Shown here: piece by piece, positions 16,210-24,438 of the stretch
How positions within the stretch are numbered: the stretch's first letter is position 1
Layout of the letters: every line of letters begins with the position of its first letter
Source of the DNA: an uncultured Erysipelotrichaceae bacterium
Lineage (GTDB): Bacteria > Bacillota_I > Bacilli_A > Erysipelotrichales > Erysipelotrichaceae
Assembly (NCBI GenBank): GCA_942492995.1
Contig: OW818653.1
Span: forward strand, 1,620,001-1,652,000
Direction: 5' to 3'
Length of the DNA: 32,000 bases
Notes under the pieces: generated by a model
Database searches by the model: none
What the model saw: the letters and a program-made list of their open reading frames with translations, nothing else
Told to the model about the DNA's origin: nothing
Translations under genes and position numbers: made by a program

Positions 16210-17296
16210 CTATTCATATTTAATAAAACCTGCTTCTTCTGCATGTAATCTGATGTGTACGTACTGTTTCTACCATGATGTCGCAAATCATCGAGAAATA
16301 AAATCATACGGAAATATGAGTGAAACAACTCAAGATTCAGTTATCAATAAAACGTTAGATGTGGAAGATAATGCGTTTATTAGTTATGCTTTTCAAGGTG
16401 GAGAACCAACATTAGTTGGTTTACCTTTTTTTATTGAATTTACTAATAAAGTAAATCAAACAAAAAAACCAAATCAAATGATTCAGTATAGTATTCAAAC
16501 AAATGGGACATTGTTAAATGATGATTGGGCGCAATTCTTTAAAGAGAATCAATTCTTAGTAGGATTATCGCTTGATGGGTATAAAGAGAATCATGATTAT
16601 TTTAGAATTACCAATCAGAATACGGAGACATATCAAAAAGTATTTAAATCACTTGAGTTATTACGTAAATATGAGATTGAGTTTAATGTATTAACTGTTC
16701 TAACTGAACAATTAGCTAAACATCCATTGAAGCTTTATAACTTTTACAAAGATAATAAAATATCTCATATCCAACTCATTCCATGTCTTCCAGATTTAAG
16801 TTCATTATCCACATTCTTTGCCTTAACACCTAAACGCTTTGCGTCATTCTATAAGTCATTCTATGATCTTTGGTTAAATGATCTTCAAAAAGGAGATTAT
16901 ATGAGTGTTGGATTATTTGACAATGTGATACCGATGTACAGAGGTGTTCCACCCCAACAATGTGGAATGGTAGGAAACTGTGCATTTCAGTTTGTAATAG
17001 AAAGTAATGGGAGTGTCTATCCTTGTGATTTCTTTGTGTTAGATGAGTATAATTGTGGAAATATCAATACTGAAACCATTCGAGAGATTGCGAAGAATAA
17101 GATTATTCATTCATTTATCCATGAACCTAAGAGAATGTGTAAAGAATGTAGTATTTGTCCATTCTTAGAAATGTGTCATGGTAATTGTAAGAGATTAAAT
17201 GTGACTTATTTTGATGAAGAGTATTGTGGTTACAAAGAATTTCTTCTTCATACTCAATCATCGATGAAAGAAATCGCATCTAGAATAAAAATATAA
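16202..17296 (+). CDS. Anaerobic sulfatase-maturating enzyme (radical SAM / SPASM)
   Basis: 364 aa. LIKPASSACNLMCTYCFY (CxxxCxxC radical-SAM cluster), plus C-terminal SPASM cysteines (CGMVGNC...YPCDFF, CKECSICPFLEMCHGNC). Overlaps the rpiR stop by 8 nt. Confidence 0.9.
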   Translation: MSNYSYLIKPASSACNLMCTYCFYHDVANHREIKSYGNMSETTQDSVINKTLDVEDNAFISYAFQGGEPTLVGLPFFIEFTNKVNQTKKPNQMIQYSIQTNGTLLNDDWAQFFKENQFLVGLSLDGYKENHDYFRITNQNTETYQKVFKSLELLRKYEIEFNVLTVLTEQLAKHPLKLYNFYKDNKISHIQLIPCLPDLSSLSTFFALTPKRFASFYKSFYDLWLNDLQKGDYMSVGLFDNVIPMYRGVPPQQCGMVGNCAFQFVIESNGSVYPCDFFVLDEYNCGNINTETIREIAKNKIIHSFIHEPKRMCKECSICPFLEMCHGNCKRLNVTYFDEEYCGYKEFLLHTQSSMKEIASRIKI

Positions 17297-17322
17297 AAGG
17301 AACTCATTGAGTTCCTTTGTTT
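17295..17322. terminator. Bidirectional terminator between the maturase gene and chrA
   Basis: AAAA-GGAACTC-att-GAGTTCC-TTT hairpin with an A-run on one side and a T-run on the other. Confidence 0.7.
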
Positions 17323-17879
17323 TAAATAAAATAGAGTATTGCGCCAATAGCAGCGCCAATTGATACAACGATTAATGTATCCCATTTTGTCTTCATACTT
17401 ATTATGAGGGAAACGATAAACGCAATTGTTGCGGTGAATTCTACACCAAGGAATGTTCCTTCTGGATTAAACAGAAATATTGATGAAACAATTAGACTAA
17501 GTGCCGCAACCCATATGAGCCCAACGATTGTTGGTCTTAAACCTTTCATAATGTTTTGGATGAAATGTAGATTACCATGTTTAGCGAAGAGATAACCAAG
17601 AATTAGAACTAATATGAATGAAGGTAGAACCGAACCAAGTGTTGCGATTAATCCGCCTAAATTGCCGCCAACTTTAATACCAACGAATGTGGCCGCATTA
17701 ATCATAATCGGACCTGGGGTCATTTGTGATAAAGAGGTTATATCAGCTAATTCTGTTAATGTGATCCACTGTTGTTTTTCGACGATAAAACTTTGAATAA
17801 GAGGCATAACTGCATATCCACCCCCAAAGGCAGATAACCCAATTAATAAGAAGGTATAGAATAGTTCAAAGTAAATCAT
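17322..17879 (-). CDS. chrA: Chromate transporter (CHR) family protein, short-chain, second of a pair
   Basis: 185 aa, about five TM helices, motif AFGGGYAVMPLI. ATGA-type 4-nt overlap with the upstream paralog. Confidence 0.8.
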   Translation of the reverse strand: MIYFELFYTFLLIGLSAFGGGYAVMPLIQSFIVEKQQWITLTELADITSLSQMTPGPIMINAATFVGIKVGGNLGGLIATLGSVLPSFILVLILGYLFAKHGNLHFIQNIMKGLRPTIVGLIWVAALSLIVSSIFLFNPEGTFLGVEFTATIAFIVSLIISMKTKWDTLIVVSIGAAIGAILYFI

Positions 17880-18436
17880 GATTGTACCCAGTTCTTAATA
17901 TAGCCGAAATACAAGAAGCCGATTAAACCAGCACATAACATGATATATCCAACTGAGATATTGGTAAACCAACCAATCCCAAATGCGATAAACATTAAGC
18001 TTAATGAGAAAGTACGATTTGTTTTAAGTAAGGATTTAAACATTTGATATGCTGAGAATAACATTACAGCACTTACTGCGCCACGCATACCACTAAGAAT
18101 CGATTGAATTAATAAATTGGTTTGGAAGAGTTCATAGAAAACATAGACAATAGATATAACTAAAAGTGGAGGTAAGAATGCGCCAATCAATGAAACTATT
18201 GCGCCAGGTACACCTTTTAACTTGTAGCCAACTAACATAGATGTATTAATTGCCATTGCGCCAGGAATGGATTGGGCTAAAGCGATGATATCTAACATAT
18301 CATTTTCGACTAAATAACCTTTCTCATCGACATAGTACTTTTTGATAATCGGCATTATGGCATAACCACCACCGAAGGTAACCATATTAATTTTAAAGAA
18401 AGAGAAAGCGAGTTCTAAATAACTTGGTTTTTTCAT
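17876..18436 (-). CDS. chrA: Chromate transporter (CHR) family protein, short-chain, first of a pair
   Basis: Motif TFGGGYAIMPII and multiple TM helices. I prefer the ATG at 18436 (MKKPSYLE, 186 aa) over the track GTG at 18442. Confidence 0.8.
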   Translation of the reverse strand: MKKPSYLELAFSFFKINMVTFGGGYAIMPIIKKYYVDEKGYLVENDMLDIIALAQSIPGAMAINTSMLVGYKLKGVPGAIVSLIGAFLPPLLVISIVYVFYELFQTNLLIQSILSGMRGAVSAVMLFSAYQMFKSLLKTNRTFSLSLMFIAFGIGWFTNISVGYIMLCAGLIGFLYFGYIKNWVQS

Positions 18437-18443
18437 AAACACG

Positions 18444-18452
18444 ATTATAGCA
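18444..18452 (-). promoter_or_regulatory. Consensus extended -10 (TGCTATAAT) immediately upstream of chrA (possible leaderless transcript)
   Basis: The minus strand reads TGCTATAAT-CGTGTTT-ATG. There are 7 nt between the hexamer and the start codon, and no SD. Confidence 0.45.
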
Positions 18453-18513
18453 CTTAAAATTTATTTTAAAATACTTTTTTGTTTGAAACGCAAGATTATG
18501 TAATTTATCTTTC

Positions 18514-18542
18514 TTTACAAAAGTCTAACATATTTCTATAAT
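18514..18542 (+). promoter_or_regulatory. Sigma-A promoter of the metG T-box leader
   Basis: TTTACA (18514-18519), 17-nt spacer, TATAAT (18537-18542). Confidence 0.75.
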
Positions 18543-18548
18543 AGGAAT

Positions 18549-18741
18549 GAAAAGCGATGAAAAGTTAAGTAAATTGCGTTAATTTACCAGAGAATAAGCG
18601 GTTGGTGAAAGCTTATGGTTAACACAAAAGAAGATGGACTTGGAGCTGGTAACCGTAGATCTGCGTTAAAGATATCGAGTGCACTGAAAGGTGAACTAAG
18701 GTGGTACCACGTGAAAGCGTCCTTAGAGGATGCTTTTTTAT
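18549..18741 (+). promoter_or_regulatory. T-box transcription-attenuation leader, methionine specifier
   Basis: Stem I elements: AGAGA bulge (~18593), then the distal stem ATAAGC-ggttggtgaaa-GCTTAT. The specifier-loop context is AAAGAAG-ATG-GA, with ATG at 18634-18636. The GTGAAC box and the T-box sequence AAGGTGGTACCACGTG (18697-18712) follow. The terminator AGCGTCC-ttaga-GGATGCT plus T6 spans 18716-18741. Confidence 0.88.
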
Positions 18742-18754
18742 TTAGGAGAACAAG

Positions 18755-20668
18755 ATGACTAAACCAAAAAACAATTATTACATGACGACAGCGATTGCCT
18801 ACACATCCGGCAAACCACACATTGGGAACATTTATGAAATCGTCTTAGCGGATAGTATCGCACGATACAGACGCAATGATGGACATAATGTGTACTTTAT
18901 GACAGGTACTGATGAACATGGGCAAAAGATTGAAGAGAAGGCATTAGCTGCCAATAAGACACCGCAAGTATTCGTAGATGAAGTTGCGGGAGTTATTCGT
19001 GGTCTTTTCGATTTAATGAATACAAGTTATGACAAATTCATTCGTACAACCGATCCTTACCATGAACTTCAAGTACAGAAGATGTTTAAGAAACTCTATG
19101 AACAAGGGGATATCTATAAATCAGAATATGAAGGTTGGTACTGTACCGCATGTGAATCCTTCTATACTGAAACACAATTAAAAGATGGTAAATGTCCTGA
19201 TTGTGGAGGACCTGTACATAAAGCGAAAGAAGAATCGTATTTCTTTAAGTTAAGCAATTACGCAGATCGTTTAGTAAAACACATTGAAACACATCCAGAA
19301 TTCATTCAACCTGAGAGTCGTAAGAATGAAATGATTAATAATTTCATCAAACCTGGTCTACAAGATTTAGCGGTATCACGTACATCCTTTAAATGGGGAA
19401 TACCGGTTGATTTCGATCCAAAACATGTTGTCTATGTTTGGATTGATGCGCTAAGCAACTATATTACTGGGATTGGATACGATGCGGATGGGAATCATGA
19501 AGAGCGATTTAAAGAATTCTGGCCAGCTGATTTACATTTGATTGGTAAAGACATTCTACGTTTCCATACGATTTATTGGCCAATTATGTTAATGGCATTG
19601 GATATTCCTCTACCTAAACAAGTCTTTGGACATCCGTGGTTATTGGTTGGGGAAGGTAAGATGAGTAAGTCTAAAGGGAATGTCATCTATGCGGATGATT
19701 TAGTTAAACTCTTTGGGGTTGATGCGGTGAGATACTTGATGTTACATGAAATGCCATTTGCACAAGATGGTACATTAACCTATGACATCATGGTTGAGAG
19801 AATTAATTCTGATTTAGCGAATATCTTAGGTAACTTAGTGAATCGTACTTTGGCTATGACCAATAAATATAACAATGGAGTTGTTTCAAATCCAAAAGTA
19901 GTTGGTGAATTTGACCAAGAATTGATTGATTTAGCTGTTTCAACACCTAAAAAGGTTAATGAACACATGGATAAACTACGTGTTCAAGATTCCATTGATG
20001 ATATCTTTGATCTACTCAAACGTTGTAATAAGTATATCGATGAAACTAGTCCGTGGGCACTTGCGAAAGATGAAGCGAATAAAGATCGTTTAAATACTGT
20101 GCTTTACAACTTACTTGAGTCCATTCGTATTAGTGCAGTCTTACTTGAAGCGTACATTCCTGAGACATCTAAATCAATTCTTGATCAATTAAATACACAA
20201 GCTAGAGACTTTAGTTCTATTGAAACATTTGGACAATTAGAAGATGGCGTAAAGATTACTGATAAACCAACCATTCTATTTGCACGTTTAGATGCGGCAG
20301 AAATCATGGAAAAACTTCAACCAGCGCCTAAGAAATTGGAGACTAAACCTGAAGTTACGATTGATGATTTCAGTAAACTTGATTTACGTGTTGGTAAAAT
20401 ACTCAGCTGTGAGAATCATCCAGATTCAGATAAACTATTGATTTCTCAAGTTCAAATTGATGGGACAGTACGTCAAATCGTCAGTGGATTAAGACCTAAA
20501 TTTGAGGCAAGTGATTTAGTCGGGCTAAATATTGCGGTAGTCGTAAACTTAAAACCGGTTAAATTAAGAGGTGTTTTATCTGAAGGTATGATTCTTGTTG
20601 GAGAAAAAGAGAATAAGATGGAACTCGTACACTTCCATAGTGTCGAAGATGGCGCAATCATTCGATGA
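18755..20668 (+). CDS. metG: Methionine--tRNA ligase with a C-terminal Trbp111/EMAP-like tRNA-binding domain
   Basis: 637 aa. HIGH-type motif (GKPHIGNIYE), KMSKS (GKMSKSKGN), zinc knuckle CTACESF...CPDCGG, and C-terminal DLRVGKILSCENHPDSDKLLISQV. Confidence 0.96.
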   Translation: MTKPKNNYYMTTAIAYTSGKPHIGNIYEIVLADSIARYRRNDGHNVYFMTGTDEHGQKIEEKALAANKTPQVFVDEVAGVIRGLFDLMNTSYDKFIRTTDPYHELQVQKMFKKLYEQGDIYKSEYEGWYCTACESFYTETQLKDGKCPDCGGPVHKAKEESYFFKLSNYADRLVKHIETHPEFIQPESRKNEMINNFIKPGLQDLAVSRTSFKWGIPVDFDPKHVVYVWIDALSNYITGIGYDADGNHEERFKEFWPADLHLIGKDILRFHTIYWPIMLMALDIPLPKQVFGHPWLLVGEGKMSKSKGNVIYADDLVKLFGVDAVRYLMLHEMPFAQDGTLTYDIMVERINSDLANILGNLVNRTLAMTNKYNNGVVSNPKVVGEFDQELIDLAVSTPKKVNEHMDKLRVQDSIDDIFDLLKRCNKYIDETSPWALAKDEANKDRLNTVLYNLLESIRISAVLLEAYIPETSKSILDQLNTQARDFSSIETFGQLEDGVKITDKPTILFARLDAAEIMEKLQPAPKKLETKPEVTIDDFSKLDLRVGKILSCENHPDSDKLLISQVQIDGTVRQIVSGLRPKFEASDLVGLNIAVVVNLKPVKLRGVLSEGMILVGEKENKMELVHFHSVEDGAIIR

Positions 20669-21285
20669 ACATCGAAATGAAGGTTACAGATGAGGCAATC
20701 GCTTATCTTAGCGAAAAAGATCCTATTCTCGGCAAATATATTGCGTCAGTAGGACCTTTAGCACGTACAGGGATTGATGATCCATATATTGCGACAGTTG
20801 ATTGTATTTTATCGCAACAGATTTCCGCAAAAGCGTACCAAACCATTGCGGGACGATTCTATGCACGATTCAAAGATGCGGATCCCCATTTAATACTTGA
20901 TGCCCCATTTGAAGATATTCGTGCCGTAGGACTATCAACTCCTAAATCAAATTATGTTAGAGGAATTGCCCAGGCACGAATAGATAAAACCATCGATTTT
21001 GATTCATTGTCGGATAAAAGTTTCGAAGAAATAAAAGAAATACTCACAACCCTTAAAGGTGTTGGTCGATGGACCGTTGAGATGGTAAGTATCTTCTCAC
21101 TTCATCGCTTAGATGTGATTAGTTATGATGATTTAGCTATACGAAATGGGATAAAACGTTTATATCATAAAGAAGAAGTCACTAAGGACTTCTTCAATGA
21201 ATTAAGTATTCGTTATGCCCCATATCAATCGTATGCGTCCTTCTATTTATGGCACGCAAGTCAATTAAAAGAAGACTTTCAGTAA
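20665..21285 (+). CDS. HhH-GPD superfamily DNA glycosylase (3-methyladenine DNA glycosylase II-like)
   Basis: 206 aa. Helix-hairpin-helix LKGVGRWTVEMV followed by the catalytic-Asp region VISYDDLAIRNG. ATGA overlap with metG. Confidence 0.75.
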   Translation: MNIEMKVTDEAIAYLSEKDPILGKYIASVGPLARTGIDDPYIATVDCILSQQISAKAYQTIAGRFYARFKDADPHLILDAPFEDIRAVGLSTPKSNYVRGIAQARIDKTIDFDSLSDKSFEEIKEILTTLKGVGRWTVEMVSIFSLHRLDVISYDDLAIRNGIKRLYHKEEVTKDFFNELSIRYAPYQSYASFYLWHASQLKEDFQ

Positions 21286-21299
21286 GCGCAAGCTTACTG
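21280..21299. terminator. Hairpin shared by convergent genes, with both stop codons inside the stem
   Basis: CAGTAAGC-GCAA-GCTTACTG is an 8-bp stem with a GNRA loop. The glycosylase TAA (21283-21285) and the permease TAA (complement of 21294-21296) lie in opposite arms. A T-run follows on the + strand. Confidence 0.7.
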
Positions 21300-23543
21300 T
21301 TTTATTTGTGTAAACGCGTATGGATCAGTAATTGTAAGGCGTGGATTATCCTTAATCAATTCAAGAACGGTATCCGTATATTCAGGAAGAATTAATGTAT
21401 TTCCTCTGAATGTATATTCAGTTGTATAGGTAATGGATTCTCCAACCATTAAACTCAATAATGGCTCATCAGAAATACCACCATTACTTGTGTAAGGAAG
21501 AATCATATTGAACTGTTCTTCACTCAATTCGACATAAGTTGCCTTATAATTACCTAATTTATCATAACCACCAAAACCATTCATATTACTGTTCATGCCC
21601 ATTGCGCTATAGAATTTATAGTCATCAGTCGAATTGTCTTGAGGAATGAATAAGATGGTTTTTAATGATTCGTAGTTTGTTTGATCAGGGAATGTCACAT
21701 TAATCGAATTAAGGTAAGCTAAACTATTTGTAAATAATTCGTTGATTAAGATACTGCTAGAAATACAATTTGATAAATTATTCAATGTCTTACATGATGT
21801 TAAATTCACATAACCTAATGTGACAGGTTGTAAGTCATTGATATTACGATTTGCTAATTTCGCAAAATCTTTTTCATATGCTTGACTAAACGCTTCATAA
21901 TCAAAGTTCTTTAAACTTAATTTAGTTAGATTAGGCGTAAACGCATTCTGTACACTAACTTCTGTTAAATTAGAGAAATCTTTTCTTAGTGCTACATTTG
22001 GCGCAAAGTTCTTCATCATGCCTTCGTTATACATCAATTCTTGTAAGCTCTTTGTCCATTCATATGGAATCGTGTATGAGCGTGATATAACACTACCTGA
22101 ATCTAGAGTATAGGTGAATCGAACGGTTAGATTACTGCCTTCATAGGCAATGATAGAATAGTCATAATCTTCATAGGATTTAACATAACCTAGTTTAGTT
22201 TCGATACGATTAATCAAGGTTGTATCATACATGTATAAGTTACGATTCGAATAATCGACCCATTTGTATTCACTTAAGATAATCTTATGCATGTTTTGTA
22301 CAATTTCAATTCCACGTTCATCTTGAATGAGATAACCCATTGAATTATTATCGTAGTACATGTAATCGTTAATATTATTACGCGGTAAGATAACTCCGTT
22401 ATAATCTTCTAACTTAAACTCAACGGTTTTAATCTGATCAATTTCAGGAATCTTTGTAATATAACCAAAACCCTTAGAGAATAACCCAAATAACAATAAG
22501 CCAAATCCAATTGCCGCAATAATCAAATACCTTAACATTGCTTTATACATATTCTTAAAGCTACGTTGTGAAATGGTATCCATCACAAGATAGATAACAC
22601 CGGTAAAGAAGAATGGGAAGATAAAGTTTAATGGATTAAAGAAATTCTGATCAATGGATTCATTTAAACTATAGAAACCAGCGTACATTAAGAAGACGAG
22701 TACTACTGACACAAATGCACTAATCGTTGGGAAGAAATACGCATTGGTAAAGGGTGATTCAGCTTTATCATGACGACGAATCTTATAAAAGTAACGACTC
22801 GCAATCAATAATACGACAGAAATAACCAACCAATATAACCCATTTAATAATGAACTATCCCATAAGCGTGTCTCAACTTCGAATAAATTTTCGAAGAGTG
22901 ACCAAATCGGGAAGATTAACCCAATATAACGTGCAATGTAGTCTCCGTTAAATCCTAACAATACGATTGCGCTAAACGCAGTATATGCGGCATAGGTAAG
23001 AATCGGTAAGAAGTTTAGGACCATTCCATAGAGTAATCCATCAATACTGGTTCCTGTATGCATAAGCGTAAACACGATAATTGAGAAGATAGCAGACACA
23101 ATCATTAAACTGGTTAGCCATGTCTCAAAGACATTGAATATTGTAAATTCATACGATAGAACAACAAATCCACCCGCAAACCAAGCGACAGTAAATGGAA
23201 TAACCATGATAATAAATGCCGCAACGACATTCACAATTAATAGATCACTCCGTTTAATCGGTAACGCATGATAGGTATCCAAATGTTTCTTACTGTTGAT
23301 ATAGCCTAAGGTAAGAAACGGAATGGAAATCGCGGACACAATCAGTAGAATCAACGCAAAGACTTGTCCAACACCACGGATATCATCCATGTAAATATTA
23401 GGATTAATCAAACGTAATGTAAGAATGAGAACAGGGTATAGAACAATCATCCCAAATCCCATTAACATCATAAATCTACGATTGCGTTTCAATAAGAAGC
23501 GTAAATAATCGAGGTTGTTGCTTAATCTAAATTGATGAGCCAT
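21294..23543 (-). CDS. ABC-transporter permease, ~10 TM helices plus a ~390-aa C-terminal extracytoplasmic domain of unknown fold
   Basis: I prefer the ATG at 23543 (MAHQFRLS, 749 aa), with GGAGG 9 nt upstream. The track start at 23603 lies far inside the ATPase gene. About ten hydrophobic segments occur in the first ~360 aa. The rest is a hydrophilic Asn/Tyr/Ser-rich domain with a single Cys pair (SCKTLNNLSNC). Confidence 0.8.
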   Translation of the reverse strand: MAHQFRLSNNLDYLRFLLKRNRRFMMLMGFGMIVLYPVLILTLRLINPNIYMDDIRGVGQVFALILLIVSAISIPFLTLGYINSKKHLDTYHALPIKRSDLLIVNVVAAFIIMVIPFTVAWFAGGFVVLSYEFTIFNVFETWLTSLMIVSAIFSIIVFTLMHTGTSIDGLLYGMVLNFLPILTYAAYTAFSAIVLLGFNGDYIARYIGLIFPIWSLFENLFEVETRLWDSSLLNGLYWLVISVVLLIASRYFYKIRRHDKAESPFTNAYFFPTISAFVSVVLVFLMYAGFYSLNESIDQNFFNPLNFIFPFFFTGVIYLVMDTISQRSFKNMYKAMLRYLIIAAIGFGLLLFGLFSKGFGYITKIPEIDQIKTVEFKLEDYNGVILPRNNINDYMYYDNNSMGYLIQDERGIEIVQNMHKIILSEYKWVDYSNRNLYMYDTTLINRIETKLGYVKSYEDYDYSIIAYEGSNLTVRFTYTLDSGSVISRSYTIPYEWTKSLQELMYNEGMMKNFAPNVALRKDFSNLTEVSVQNAFTPNLTKLSLKNFDYEAFSQAYEKDFAKLANRNINDLQPVTLGYVNLTSCKTLNNLSNCISSSILINELFTNSLAYLNSINVTFPDQTNYESLKTILFIPQDNSTDDYKFYSAMGMNSNMNGFGGYDKLGNYKATYVELSEEQFNMILPYTSNGGISDEPLLSLMVGESITYTTEYTFRGNTLILPEYTDTVLELIKDNPRLTITDPYAFTQIKQ

Positions 23544-24417
23544 ATCCATTTGCCTCCATTTCATACACAAAGACTTCTTCCATCGTAATCGGAATTTCTT
23601 CACATAGAACAGGTTGAGTATCTTTAATTTGTTTCATCTTATCATCCAATTCACCTTTTAATACGATCATATAAACATTTCCACGTTTATCAAAGTACAT
23701 TGGATTTAGATCATGTAAGACCTTATCATCAATTGGGTTGGTATACGCCAATTGTATTTTATGGTATTGATTACGAATACTTTCAATTTCATCTTGGATG
23801 GTAATTGTATGATTATTTAACAACGCAATACGATCACAGATATCTTCTAATTCACGTAAGTTATGCGAAGAAATAATTACTGTCATTTCACGATTAAGAA
23901 GTTCATTCGCAATAATACGTTTTAGATTCAAACGCATAACAGGATCTAATCCATCAAACGCTTCGTCTAAAAGTAAAATATCAGGACTACAGGACAACGC
24001 TAAGATAATACTAGCTTGTCGTTTCATCCCTTTAGAGAAATCATTAATCTTATCGGTATCATTTAACCCGAATTTCTTCAGTAATGAATGATACATACTG
24101 TCATTGAAGCTAGGATAAAATAATTCATAGAATTGACGCATTTCTTTGATGGTCGATTGAGGTAAAAAGAACGGATCATCCGACACAAAGAGAATGTGTT
24201 TCTTGATACTTGGATTGTCATACACATCTACACCATTCACAAGAACAGATCCTTCATCTGCTTTTAGAACACCTGATATAATACGTAATAATGTACTTTT
24301 ACCAGCCCCATTAGGACCTACTAAGCCATAAATACTCGCTTTAGGTATTTCCCAATTGATGTGTTCTAGGACTTTTTTAGTGTCAAATTGTTTATTTATA
24401 TTCTTTAGATTAATCAT
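23527..24417 (-). CDS. ABC transporter ATP-binding protein (ABC-2/YtrB-like subfamily)
   Basis: 296 aa. Walker A GPNGAGKST, signature FSKGMKRQ, Walker B ILLLDEAFDGLD, H-loop SSHNL, and a C-terminal accessory domain. SD AGGAG upstream. Confidence 0.92.
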   Translation of the reverse strand: MINLKNINKQFDTKKVLEHINWEIPKASIYGLVGPNGAGKSTLLRIISGVLKADEGSVLVNGVDVYDNPSIKKHILFVSDDPFFLPQSTIKEMRQFYELFYPSFNDSMYHSLLKKFGLNDTDKINDFSKGMKRQASIILALSCSPDILLLDEAFDGLDPVMRLNLKRIIANELLNREMTVIISSHNLRELEDICDRIALLNNHTITIQDEIESIRNQYHKIQLAYTNPIDDKVLHDLNPMYFDKRGNVYMIVLKGELDDKMKQIKDTQPVLCEEIPITMEEVFVYEMEANGYGSSI

Positions 24418-24438
24418 GGTTAGACTCCTTTTGGTTAA

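Noticed and set aside
14851-16813. Perfect DnaA-box 9-mers: TGTGGATAA at 14851-14859 and TTATCCACA at 16805-16813.
   Set aside because: They are single, widely separated copies inside coding regions (EIIC and the maturase). There is no cluster, no AT-rich unwinding element and no dnaA nearby. They are most likely chance matches.
18615-18617. First ATG in the T-box leader as the specifier codon.
   Set aside because: It falls inside the 3' strand of the distal Stem I helix (GCTTAT pairs with ATAAGC). The second ATG (18634-18636) is in the loop context expected of a specifier.
17404-20661. Track ORFs 17404-17595(+), 17614-17796(+), 18584-18820(-), 19780-19968(-) and 20473-20661(-).
   Set aside because: The first two are antisense to chrA. 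18584-18820 lies antisense across the T-box leader and the metG start. The last two are antisense within metG.
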